Below are positions 14,500-24,650 of a stretch of 64,000 nt of DNA, piece after piece. Both the position numbers and the translations under genes were made by a program. Under the pieces are notes generated by a model. The model was not told where the DNA came from and did no database searches. It saw only the letters and a list, made by a program, of their open reading frames with translations. Numbering within the stretch: the stretch's first letter is position 1; every line of letters starts with the position of its first letter. Source of the DNA: Vicugna vicugna (taxonomy: Eukaryota); assembly GCA_013265495.1 (NCBI GenBank), contig MU057711.1, forward strand, positions 558,001 to 622,000, read 5' to 3'.

Positions 14500-15310
14500 G
14501 AGCCCGTGGTTCACCGACTCCTGACTCACAGGCTGTGTTTACTGAGCAACCGAAATTGCCGGTGAACCTGCAGAAATAGCCCAGTTGGTCCTGCAAATCA
14601 TTATGTTCAGACCGGAAGCTGCATGCCAGTTCCTTGCCTCTGCCCTCGCCCCACAGGATAGCCAATCCACATGCCCTCAGAGCCAGGTGGGCAACCTGCC
14701 CACAGCTGCCTGCTCTCTTCTCTAACCCACCCCCTTCCCAGAGAACCCGAATGATCCTTTCAGGTCCCTGATCTCAAGGAGTCTAGGCTGAAGGGTCTGG
14801 AGAGGGAGGCAGGAAGCGGGCAGGACCAGGAGCCGCGGTTTTGTCGCAGTCGTGCGGGCTGAGTAACACCCGGCCTCCCAGCAAACCCTTGGCGGCGCAG
14901 AGGGATGCTCGGCTGGTGCGCGCGGCCCCGGAAGCAGCCCTCACAGCTCTGGGGCGTATCTGTGAGTCATGACTAACAGCTCCGCACACTTCCAAAAAAT
15001 TCCATTCTGAATCGGGTGTCACCTTAGATGGGAAGGCTTTTATTTAATTTGGGTTATCTGGGTGGCAGTTGTTTCTTTCCAACTTCACCTTCCCCTTTTT
15101 ATAGCCGTAGATAATCTTTCCGTGGACAGGCCTAGAAATGTAACCGTATTTATGGGTCAGGCTTCGCGCACACTCATCACTCAGAGGACGCAGACGGCGC
15201 AGTAATTCACCGGGACAGCAGAGGCCTCCGCACCCTGGGCTCTCCCTCCCTCCCCGCAGCTCACTCACATCGGCGTGGGTGAAGGTGACCCCTCCCCCGC
15301 GAGTGGAACA
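14500..15310. promoter_or_regulatory. CpG-rich candidate promoter/enhancer
   Basis: About 30 CpGs in 14815-15302 against a depleted background; AP-1 sites 14522 and 14963; ETS CCGGAAG 14612 and 14928; minus-strand TATAAAAA 15103-15096. Confidence 0.5.
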
Positions 15311-15699
15311 GAAGATGAGGTCTCAGCCCAAGGCCAAGGAGAGCAAGCACAGAATGGGAAGGAGCAGCTGGGAGGCCAAAGAGGGATGTGGGCGAGATGG
15401 TTAATGACCTGTTTCCAGCGGCATGTGACCGGCCTTGGGCAGGAGACACAGAGCCAGGATCTCTGCGCCTCCCGCTCTGCAGCCAGGCACCAGAGATCAA
15501 ATTGTGACTGATCTGCTGACCCGCATTAAGATCTGAGCACATAACTGAACCTAAGCCTCAGTTTCCTCAGCTGCAAAATGGGGATGATAAACACACACTG
15601 TAAGATTATGCAAAGATATTATGATAAAGAACAGAAAGCGCTGAACACAGAGCTTGGCATAGCAGGAGGGTGCAAATACTTTGGGTGTTATTTGCAAGA

Positions 15700-16008
15700 T
15701 TGTAGATGAATCTGAAAGCTTCACGTTGAGTGAGAAGCCAGACACGAACGAGCACATACTGCTGATTTCATTGAGAGGAAGGTCTAAAACGGGTAGGACG
15801 AATCTACAGTGAAAGACTTCAAATAGCTGTTGTCCCTAAGGTGGGAGATGAAGACAGATGGAACAGGAACGGACGCAAGGGATCTTCCAGGAGTGATGAA
15901 ATTGTTCTATGTCTTAATAGGGTTGTGCACGCATTTGTCAACACTCAATGACCCAGGAACTTAGGACTTGAATTTTACTGTGTATAAATTACACCCTCAT
16001 TTAAAAAT
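15700..16008 (+). mobile_element. Old L1 (L1MC/ME-like) 3' end
   Basis: gatgaatctgaaa...ttgagtgagaagccagacac...gatgaaattgttctatgtctt...ttttactgtgtataaattacac. Confidence 0.65.
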
Positions 16009-17644
16009 TATTGGTAAAATAATAATTAGTAATTATTATAATACTTGTGCTTAACAGTTTGTGTCCTAAGATAAATCTTAATGAGTCCTTCAGTGATGGA
16101 GACCAAACTAGATAAAACAAAAAGGAGATTTATTCACTCTGTTAGTTGGAAAGTCCAAGACTGATTTGCTTCAGGAACAGCTGGATCCAGGGGCTATGTT
16201 CCTTCATCTCTCAGCCAGTTTCTTAGCACACTGACTTCATCCTCAAGGAGCCTGTCCCTGTACAGTGCCTAGAAGGCTGTCAGCAGCTCCATACTAAGCA
16301 GCTACCAGCTCAGCGAGGGGTGATCTTTGCTGATCACTCCTGTAAAAGCCCTGGTCAACTCTGAGGAGTTCCTCTTGAATGAAAGGAGTGGGAGGGGCTC
16401 CCCAGGGACTTCAGTCAAAAATGGTGTCCATTTCAGGCAGTTTTGTTGCCATTGATGTTGACCTTGTTATCAAACCCTCTGATGAGGGCAGTTAACTGAA
16501 CTGTGAACCAACCCTGACAAAATTAAATACTTTAAAAATCATCAGCCATCACTTTACATGAGGCAATACTTTAACTGCCCTAAGACCCAAGCTGAAAAGA
16601 CTCAGAGGACATTCATTTCTTACTGGTATCTCTGCAACCTGGTTTCTGTTTTCTGAAATCTCTTCTCCATCTGTGTGCTCTCTTCAGAGGAGCTATTTGG
16701 AGATTCTCATTTGGGGGCCAACAGACCTCATTACAGATTTGACACCAGATTGGTTTCACTCTCTTTTCCTCCCAAGACAAGGCACCTACTAAATACTTAA
16801 GGACATCTTCCCCCTTAAAAAGTCACCCCAGGAAAACAATAATTTCCGATTGTCCTCCCAGTAGTCGGTAAACACAGTTGCCTTTTCTCCTGCTGGGGAG
16901 CGTGTGACTCAGGCTGTCATTTACCTCTTCTGTGAAATGAGGGTAGAGTTAGCTTTCCAGACTGCATCATGGGAATTGGAAGGTCCAGAGAAGCCGATCC
17001 AGTAAAGGTATTTTGAAAACCAAGCACTTATAGTAAGAGTTCCAATAAAGAGTCCTAAATGCCCAGGTAGAGACACCCTTGTCTGCCACCTCAAGCCACC
17101 TGCAGGTCGCCAGAGTGAGTTTCATTGGCCAAGACCCTAAAAAAGGAAATTGCTCTCCTTATAAGCCCAACACAAGCCTGAGCAGGAGATGCCAATTTAA
17201 CCCCATCAGAAAGCACTCGTGGCCTCATAGAACCTGTGGCTACTCTCCCCCAGCAACAGCCCCACACCCTCTGTCCAGCTCCCACAGACCCTTTCATATC
17301 TCTAGGGCAGATTTTAAACATACCCTTTGATGCAGCACTTCCACACCAGAGAATCTCCCTTATGAAGTAGTAACTCATGCCTAATAAGATACCTGTCAAA
17401 GAGGGCTCACTGCATCATGTTTGTAAGAGGAAAACTACAAAAATATGCAAGTGTTTATTAATAAGGAGATGGTTAAATACATTAAGGTGCTTATGGATCA
17501 TGGACTGCCCAGTGATCCCTAAAGAAGAATGAAGTAGGTCAATAGCTCTGTTTCTTAGGGGGAAAATGTTATGAAACCAATCATTTATTCATCTAGCATT
17601 CAGCAAATATGACTGGCCGCCTACCCAGGCCCTCTTCTGGGAAC

Positions 17645-17977
17645 TGTAAAAAAATTAATAGACAGAAACTCCATTTAAATAGAGTTGGGAGACCAAAGAG
17701 GGGGGCTCTGATGCCTTGCAGCCATAGCAGAGTCCATTAGGAAGAAGAAAGACTCTTTTTCTTTCCTGGAAAGGACTCCACCAATGAAAAGCCATGGACT
17801 CTTTGTTTAGCCCTCCCAGCTTCCTTTCCCCTCTATAAAAGTGTGCACCTTCCCTTGCCACTCGGGGACCTGTGCATGGCTCACCATGGTTGCAGACCCC
17901 GAATTGCAATGCTTTGCTGATCCCGAATAAACCCATCTTCGCTGGAGAAGTATCAGACAGTCGGCTTTAGGTCCACA
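17645..17977 (+). mobile_element. Solo LTR (333 bp), ERV1-like
   Basis: TG...CA ends, 4-bp TSD gaac (17641-17644 / 17978-17981), CCAAT ~17781, TATAAAA ~17834, AATAAA ~17926; interrupts an L2-like fragment. Confidence 0.88.
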
Positions 17978-18719
17978 GAACAACAAGGAGCAAGAAAGAC
18001 ACAGTCCCGGTTCTCATGGGGCCTATTTTTAGCGTAAACAAAATTTAGTGCCACATCTTCAGAAAATGCTGCTCACAGCAACTGCCCCCAGGGAGTGGGA
18101 TTAGGGGAAGGCCACGGAGGCCTGAGGAAAGGAGGAAGGGGGTGCTTCACTGCTTCCATTATATGTCTGTGCTCTTTGAATATTTTTATGATGAGTATTT
18201 GTCACTTGGTAAATTTTGTAAAACCAATAGAGGAAACAAGATAAGTGAAATGCAGGCACCCGTGAGCCCACACCATCCATAAAGAGCTGGGCTGGGAGGA
18301 GTTAGACAGGAGGTAGAGAGAGAGATAGTCCCCTTGTTCCCAGGGAGGCAGCTGAAAGGAAATCGCTTCTGGAGTCAGCAAGTCGCTAAAGTGTTCCCTC
18401 TCCCAAGTGTCCCTGTGCCAGGACCCAGGCCTGGGGCTGAGAATGTGGCCCGTGGGGGGCCTGGGTACAGAGGGTCAGGCACCAGCCAGCAGCACTGTTC
18501 CCATCTGGGGAGAGGAGGCAGGCTCTGTCCCTACCTTCATCCGGGCTTCATCAATGTCTCCAGGGCCTCCATCCTGCTCCTTCCAGCATGGGACCACTTG
18601 TAGGATCATACAGAGCTCAAGTGCTGTGCCCCTTCTGAGCAGCATACCCCCAAGCAGCACCCTTCACCTCTCAGGGCCTCAGCTTTCTCATCTGTAAAGG
18701 GGGGATGCTGATACCGATT

Positions 18720-19442
18720 GTTGTGCTGAGGGTTTAGTCAGGGCTCAGAATAGTGCCCAGCACACAGCAAAGAGTTAGCTGTTTTTATAGTTGTTAGAAC
18801 TGCCTCCTACTCTGCGATCCTACCATGCAGGAAGCAGAACAAGTGTTGAGTTGGCCTCAGTGGCTTGAGATACGATTATCATCCAACAAATGAAGACGGC
18901 ATCCTCAGAGTTTGATATCTCAATCTGAGAAGGACTTACAGATCCACAACCTAACCTCCCACTTTATAGATGGATCCACTGAGGCCCAGAGAGGCCAAAC
19001 CTGAGAATATAGAGAGTGAGGAAGGTGTGTGTAGACAGTCATTCCTCTGCTCCTGTGCTGAAGTGTGGGTAGAAAGGAAAGCAAAGTTATGCTGAGGGTT
19101 TAGTCAGGGCTCAGAATTGTGCCCAGCACACAGCAAAGAGTTAGCTGTTTTTATAGTTGTTAGGACTGCCTCCTACTCTGCAATCCTACCATGCAGGAAG
19201 CAGAACAAGTGTTAAATTGGCCTCAGTGGCTTCAGATACGATTATCATCCAACAAATGAAGATGGCATCCTCAGAGTTTGATATCTCAATCTGACAAGGA
19301 CTTACAGATCCACAACCTAACCTCCCACTTTACAGATGAAGCCACTGAGGCCCAGAGAGGCCAAACCTGAGAATATAGAGAGTGAGGAAGGTGTGTGTCA
19401 TTCCTCTGCTCCTGTGCTGAAGTGTGGGTAGAAAGGAAAGCA
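18720..19442. repeat. Tandem duplication, period 366 bp
   Basis: 18720-19083 repeated at 19086-19442 with about 12 substitutions and a 7-bp deletion (agacagt) in copy 2; unit includes MIR fragments. Confidence 0.95.
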
Positions 19443-19710
19443 CTGAGGATGTGCTAACTTGATTTCTATTATAACTTGTGGTATAAATGATGTATGTATA
19501 TATACACATATGTATAACCATGTGTATATACACAGTCATGCATTTAATTTTTTTTAATTTTAAATAATTTTAGATATAGAGAAGAGTTCGAAGATAGCAC
19601 AAAGTTTTCATATACCTTTCATCCAGCTCAGCTAATATTAATGTCTTACATAACCACAGTACAGTAATCAAAACTAAGAAATTGGCAGTGTGTTCAGCGA
19701 TCCCGTGGAT

Positions 19711-19745
19711 CTGTCTGTTGCTTCAACACTGTTTGGCTGGAACGG
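19711..19745 (+). promoter_or_regulatory. Degenerate iron-responsive element (IRE) in FTL pseudogene 5' UTR, copy 1
   Basis: ctgtctgttgcttcaa-CACTGT-ttggctggaacgg versus the FTL IRE TCTTGCTTCAA-CAGTGT-TTGGACGGAA; loop G>C at 19729. Confidence 0.85.
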
Positions 19746-19955
19746 ACCCAGGGATGACCCTTGCTCCAGCCTCTGACCACCCTCAACTTTTTTCTAATCG
19801 CAACCTTCAGAACGAGCCACTCTGCTATCCTCGGCCTCTGGGACCAGCCAACACGATTTTTTGAGCTTAACTCCTCATTACTCATCTGCCGTGAGCTCCC
19901 AGATTTGTCAGAATTATTCCACCGCTGTCAACCACATGTAGGCAATCCCGTCGAT

Positions 19956-19990
19956 TTGTCTGTTGCTTCAACACTGTTTGGCTGGAACGG
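19956..19990 (+). promoter_or_regulatory. Degenerate IRE in FTL pseudogene 5' UTR, copy 2
   Basis: Same element 245 bp downstream; loop CACTGT at 19972-19977. Confidence 0.85.
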
Positions 19991-21244
19991 ACCCAGGGAC
20001 GCCCCTTGCTCCAGCCTCTGACCACCCTCAACTTTTTTCTAATCGCAACCTTCAGAACGAGCCACTCTGCTATCCTCGGCCTCTGGGACCAGCCAACACG
20101 ATTTTTTGAGCTTAACTCCTCATTACTCATCTGCCGTGAGCTCCCAGATTTGTCAGAATTATTCCACCGCTGTCAACCACATGTTAACATGCATCTGCAG
20201 GATTCTGACACCTACGTATCTCTGGGCTTCCATTTCCACCGCGACAATGTGGCTCTGGAATGCTTGGAGAAGCGTAAGGACACTTAGCGTCTCTTGAAAA
20301 TGTGAAACCAGTGCAGCGGCTGTGCTGTCTTCCAGGACATGAAGGTGCCATCTCGAGATGAGTCGGGTAAAAAGCAGGACACTATGGAAGCTGCCACTGT
20401 CATGGAGAAGAACCTAAACCAGGCCCTTTTGGATCTGCATACCCTGGGCTCTGCCCACGCAGACTCACATCTCTGTGACTTCCTGCAGAACCACTCCCTG
20501 GATGAGGAGGTGAAACTCACAGAAAGAGGGGCGATCATCTGACTCACCTCCGCAGGCTGGATGGTCCCCAGGCTGGGCTGGGCGAGTACCTCTTGGAAAG
20601 GCCCACCCTCAAGCACGACTAGGAGCCTCTGCAACCCAGCGGCCTTTGTGGAGCCCCCCTGGTGTTAGGACTTTTGCCTGAAGCCTCTCCCTGCAGTCAC
20701 TAGGCAGATTTTTAACTGTCCTGGAATCCTCTCCCAAGCTTTGGACCAAATGGAAACAATAAAGCTTTTTGGAGCAAACAAAACAAAAACAAACAAACAA
20801 ACAAAAACTAATCAATTAACATTGATGTAATTCTATTAACTAAACTACAGACTTCCTTTCTCTGTTCCAGAGTCCAGTCCAGGACCATCCCATGGCGTAT
20901 ACTCACCATGTCTCCTCCATCTTCTCTGTAATCTGTGACAGTTCCTCAGCCTTTTCTTGTCCTACATGACCGTGTCATTTTTGAAGTGTACGGGCCAGTT
21001 ATTTTGCAGGCTGTTTGAATTTGGCTGATGATTTCTTGTGCTGTATTGAGGTCACAGATTTGAGGGAGTGCACCACAAAGACAAGGAGCCCTTCTAATCT
21101 CATCATTTCAGGGGGGTAGGTGAGACCAACCTTGCTGGTGATGCTAACTTTCATCACTTGGTTAAAGTCATGTCAATTGTGTTTCTCCACCCTAAAGTTA
21201 CTGTTTACACCTTTCCATACTCTGTGTATTAGAAGTGAGTCACA

Positions 21245-22451
21245 ACTTCTTTATCCAGTCATCTGTTGATGGACATTAATTTAGGTTCTTTCCATGTCTT
21301 GGCTATTGTAAATTGTGCTGCTATGAATATTGGGTACATGTATCTTTTCGAATTAGTTTCCTCTGGATATACGCCCAGGAGTGGGGTTGCTGGATTATAT
21401 GGTAAGTCTATTTTTAGTTTTTTAAGGAATCTCCATACTGTTTTCCATAATGGCTGCACCAAACTGCATTCCTATGAACAGTGTAGGAGGGTTCCCTTTT
21501 CTCCACACCCTCTCCAGCATTTATCATTTGTGGACATTTTAATGATGGCCATCCTGACTGGTGTGAGTTGTGGTATATTTATACAATGGAATACTACTCA
21601 TCAATAAAAAAAATAAAATAATGCCATTTGCAGCAAGATGAATGGGCCTGGAGATTGTCATTCTAAGTGAAGTAAGTCAGAAAGACAAAGAAAAATACCA
21701 TCTGATATCATTCATATGTGAAATCCTAAAAAAAAGAAAAAGAAAAAGAAAAAAGAGGACACTAATGAACTCATCTGCAAAACAGAAACAGACTCACAGA
21801 ATATAGTAAACAATCATGGTTACCGAGAGAAAGAGGGTGGGAAGGGATAAATTTGGATGTTTGAAATTTGCAGATGTTAACCACTATATATGAAAACAGA
21901 TAAATTTCTTCTGTATAGTGCTGAGGTGGGAAGCCCCATGAAAAGACTGGCAGGACCCCCATGCAGGGCCACTGCATTCTTCCTGGTGCCATCCAGTTCC
22001 CTGGCCTGGTGACATTATTTTGCTTTTGTGCTTTTGTAAAACGTCTAGGAGAACAGAACTTACCCCTATGATTCTATTGGTTCCCAAAACTCACTCCTGA
22101 TTGGTCCATTTCTAACACCTCATCTTGCAAAAGCTTGACTAGTAACCTATAAAAACCTGTGTAAACCTACAAACGGGGTCCAGAGCTTGGAGTGTTAATT
22201 CCTCTGGTCCTACCGGCGTAATAAACCTGAGTACTCCAACCCTCCAAGTGCCCCTTGGTTTCTCACCAGGATCCTGGTTGCTGTAACACTCTGCTGTAAC
22301 AGTGCAGGGAACTATATTCAATATCTTATAATAACCTTTAATAAAAAAGAATATGAAAATGAATATATGTATATATATGCATGACTGGGACATGATGCTG
22401 TACACCAGAAATTGACACATTGTAACTGACTATACCGAAATTAAAAAAAAA
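21245..22451 (+). mobile_element. Young 5'-truncated L1 with 5' inversion (twin priming)
   Basis: Inverted ORF2 C-terminal piece 21245-21567 (minus-strand [32 protein letters not shown]); sense piece from 21568 to poly(A) ~22451; perfect 12-bp TSD aagtgagtcaca at 21233-21244 and 22452-22463. Confidence 0.93.
21922..22301 (+). mobile_element. Solo LTR (380 bp), ERV1-like, inserted in the young L1 3' UTR
   Basis: TG...CA ends, 4-bp TSD gtgc (21918-21921 / 22302-22305), TATAAAA ~22148, AATAAA 22220-22225, two ATTGG boxes; excision restores L1 ctgtatagtgcagggaactatattc. Confidence 0.9.
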
Positions 22452-23729
22452 AAGTGAGTCACAGAATACAGGCTACACTCAAGAGGATGGGAGATAAGCT
22501 TGCCCTCCTGGAGGAAGGCCACCACAGTATTTAATATTTGAAGGGAGATACTTCGGGGCTGTGCAAGTATCTCATTTCACCTTAAATTTTCCTCACTAAT
22601 TTTAGCATTCACCAGTAGATTTTGCCTGTAGCGATGATTATTGTGGTGCTCTAATGGTAATTTTCTATTTCCTGCGTTCCTTCTCCATTTATTCTTTGGG
22701 ATTCTTTTGTAAGGAAGAGTTAGCTTTTCCCCTCCATTTATTTATTTATGCCATCATTTATTTACATCAGTATGGACTCATGAATATGTATTTTCCTCTT
22801 TGGGTTCAAATCTAACACCATTATTATTTATTATGTCCCTGAAAATGTTTTAGTTCATCGATTGGGAGCTCTTCCAAGTGGGCTTCTGTGACTTAATATG
22901 TCCCCATCCTTTTGGGGTTTGGTTTTGGTTTGGCTTTGCTGTTTGGTTTCTTCTTTTTGGCACAGGCCGTGTATTTTAAAAGTATCAATTAGACATGTTA
23001 GTCTTCAGCTCTAGACCCTCCAGTGGTTCCCACTGGACTTAGAATAAATCAGGATTCTCTGCCAGCACAGGAGCCCCTGTGTGATCTGACCTTTTCCCCA
23101 CTCTCTTGTCTCTTGCTGATGTCAGCTCCCTCTGGCTTTTTTCTTGTTCTTGTGACACACCCAGTTTGTTCTCTGTAAGCCCTTTGCTCCTGGGTCCCCT
23201 CTGCCTGGAGCATCCTTGCCCAGATGTCACCTTGGCTGAATCCTTGTCCTTCAAGCCGAAGCTCAAAGAGTGCTCCCTGACCACATATGAAGTGGCGGGA
23301 CCATTTGGAGGGGTGGCTGAAGAAAATTTGATGAAGACGCATTTTACAGAGGTACAGATGGACTTGTGGGAACCAAGCAGGAAGAGGAAGCCCTGGGGAC
23401 TAGCCATTACCAATCCCCAGCTCAGAGGGCCAAGAGGGGGAAATGGTGTTAACAGTGCTTGGCAAGAGCTGGGGCCAGAGATACAGGAACTCAACCACTG
23501 CCCAAGCCATGGTCCCAGCTGGGACAGGGGTGGGCCCTGGGTGTATTAACCTCTCCCTCCCACTCTTCAGTGTCCTGTTGGTGTTCTCCATTGTCCAGAA
23601 ACAACAGGAAGCCAGAGGGTGTGCCCACTGCTCCACTTCGAGGTCAGCCTCCTGGCACACGGGGCAGAGTGGAGAATGGGTCTGCACAGGCCAATGGAGA
23701 ATGTCCTGCTCACCACCCACCTGAACTCT

Positions 23730-23996
23730 GCCAATCATTTCACCTCGTTACTTCCCCACCCCATCATGCATTATCATTGTCTGAAACTGTCTTCTTCATT
23801 TACTTGTTTATTGTCTATTTTATTTATTTTTTAATTTACAATTTTATTTATTTATTCATTTGTTTGTTTGTTTGTTTACTGTCTACCTCTACACCAGTAT
23901 AATGTGATTTCCATGCAGAAAGGACCATCTTATTCACCACTGTATTCACAGTCCCTGGCACATAGTAGGTGTTCAATAAATATTTGTCCATGAACA
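23730..23996 (+). mobile_element. L2 LINE 3' end
   Basis: ttattcaccactgtattcacagtccctggcacatagtaggtgttcaataaatatttg; similar ends near 1650-1750, 24660-24745 and 53950-54056. Confidence 0.7.
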
Positions 23997-24346
23997 AAAA
24001 GTGAATCCACATTCAAAGGCCAAACCATATATTTGGGCCTATAGTATTCCCAACTGGGTTTACTTCCTTCAGAATGCTTCTGTGGCTGGCATGATTTGTG
24101 TGGCTCCAGAGTCACAATTCCTCCAGCACCTCTGACTACCCTCTCTTCCCATATTCCCCCATCCACACGGCTGGGCTGACTTCTGCTGCTGGTGCCTCTG
24201 CCATCTCTCTCATCCTCCCATCCCTGAGGCCCAGCTCTACCTGCCTCCTCCTGGGGGATCTCTGATGTCCATGACCTTCCTGTCCTCATCATTCCTCTTC
24301 AAAGACATGTGCCCATCACCTCCCACTGCTCTCTGATTTCTGTAGA

Positions 24347-24650
24347 CTTGTGCTGTCCTTGGTAGGAGCCACTAGCCCCACATAGCTACCTAGCACTTGA
24401 ACTGTGAGCATCCAAACTGAGATGTGCTAAGTGTAGAGTACACACCAGATTTGCAAGAGTTAGTGTGAATAAAAGAATGTAAAAATCTCAATGACAGGTT
24501 GAAATGATAAGATTTAGGGTATATTGGGTTAAATAAAATAAATACATTATTAAAATTAATTTCACAGTCCATTGTTATTTTTTAAATCTAGCTACCAGGA
24601 AGTTTGAAGTTACCTGCATGGCTCACATTATGTTTCTTTGGACAGAACTT
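24347..24650 (+). mobile_element. MER33/MER3-family hAT DNA transposon
   Basis: Inverted ends tgctgtcc...ggacagaac; internal agccactagcc, ttgggttaaataaaata, attaaaattaatttcac. Confidence 0.75.

Larger units (their letters stand above)
19697..20184 (+). repeat. Tandem duplication, period 245 bp (FTL 5' UTR plus first codons)
   Basis: 19697-19939 repeated at 19942-20184 with about 5 substitutions; near-identical ORF pairs in the track are offset by 245. Confidence 0.95.
19684..20803 (+). pseudogene. FTL: Processed ferritin light chain pseudogene, full length, with a 245-bp internal 5' duplication
   Basis: Translated fragments match [93 protein letters not shown] (TAG 20620-20622). No introns. 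Start codon ATG>GTG (20136), deletions, frameshifts and stops. AATAAA 20758-20763, degenerate A tail to ~20803, 14-bp TSD aaaactaagaaatt (19670-19683) / aaaactaatcaatt (20804-20817). Confidence 0.96.
19545..22975 (-). mobile_element. Old L1MC-like LINE-1 3' region, interrupted by the FTL pseudogene and a young L1
   Basis: Segments 19545-19683, 20818-21244 and 22464-~22975 read as one continuous antisense L1MC-type 3' end (atgtcttacataaccac...aaaactaagaaatt|aacattg...attaactaaactacagact). Confidence 0.75.

Noticed and set aside
18720..20184. CRISPR-like or satellite array
   Set aside because: Only two copies per unit, no repeat-spacer pattern, eukaryotic context.
20136..20622. Functional ferritin light chain CDS
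   Set aside because: Start codon lost, deletions, frameshifts and in-frame stops; intronless with A tail and TSD.
17645..22301. Provirus bounded by the two LTRs
   Set aside because: The LTRs are unrelated in sequence, each has its own TSD, and no gag/pol/env lies between them.
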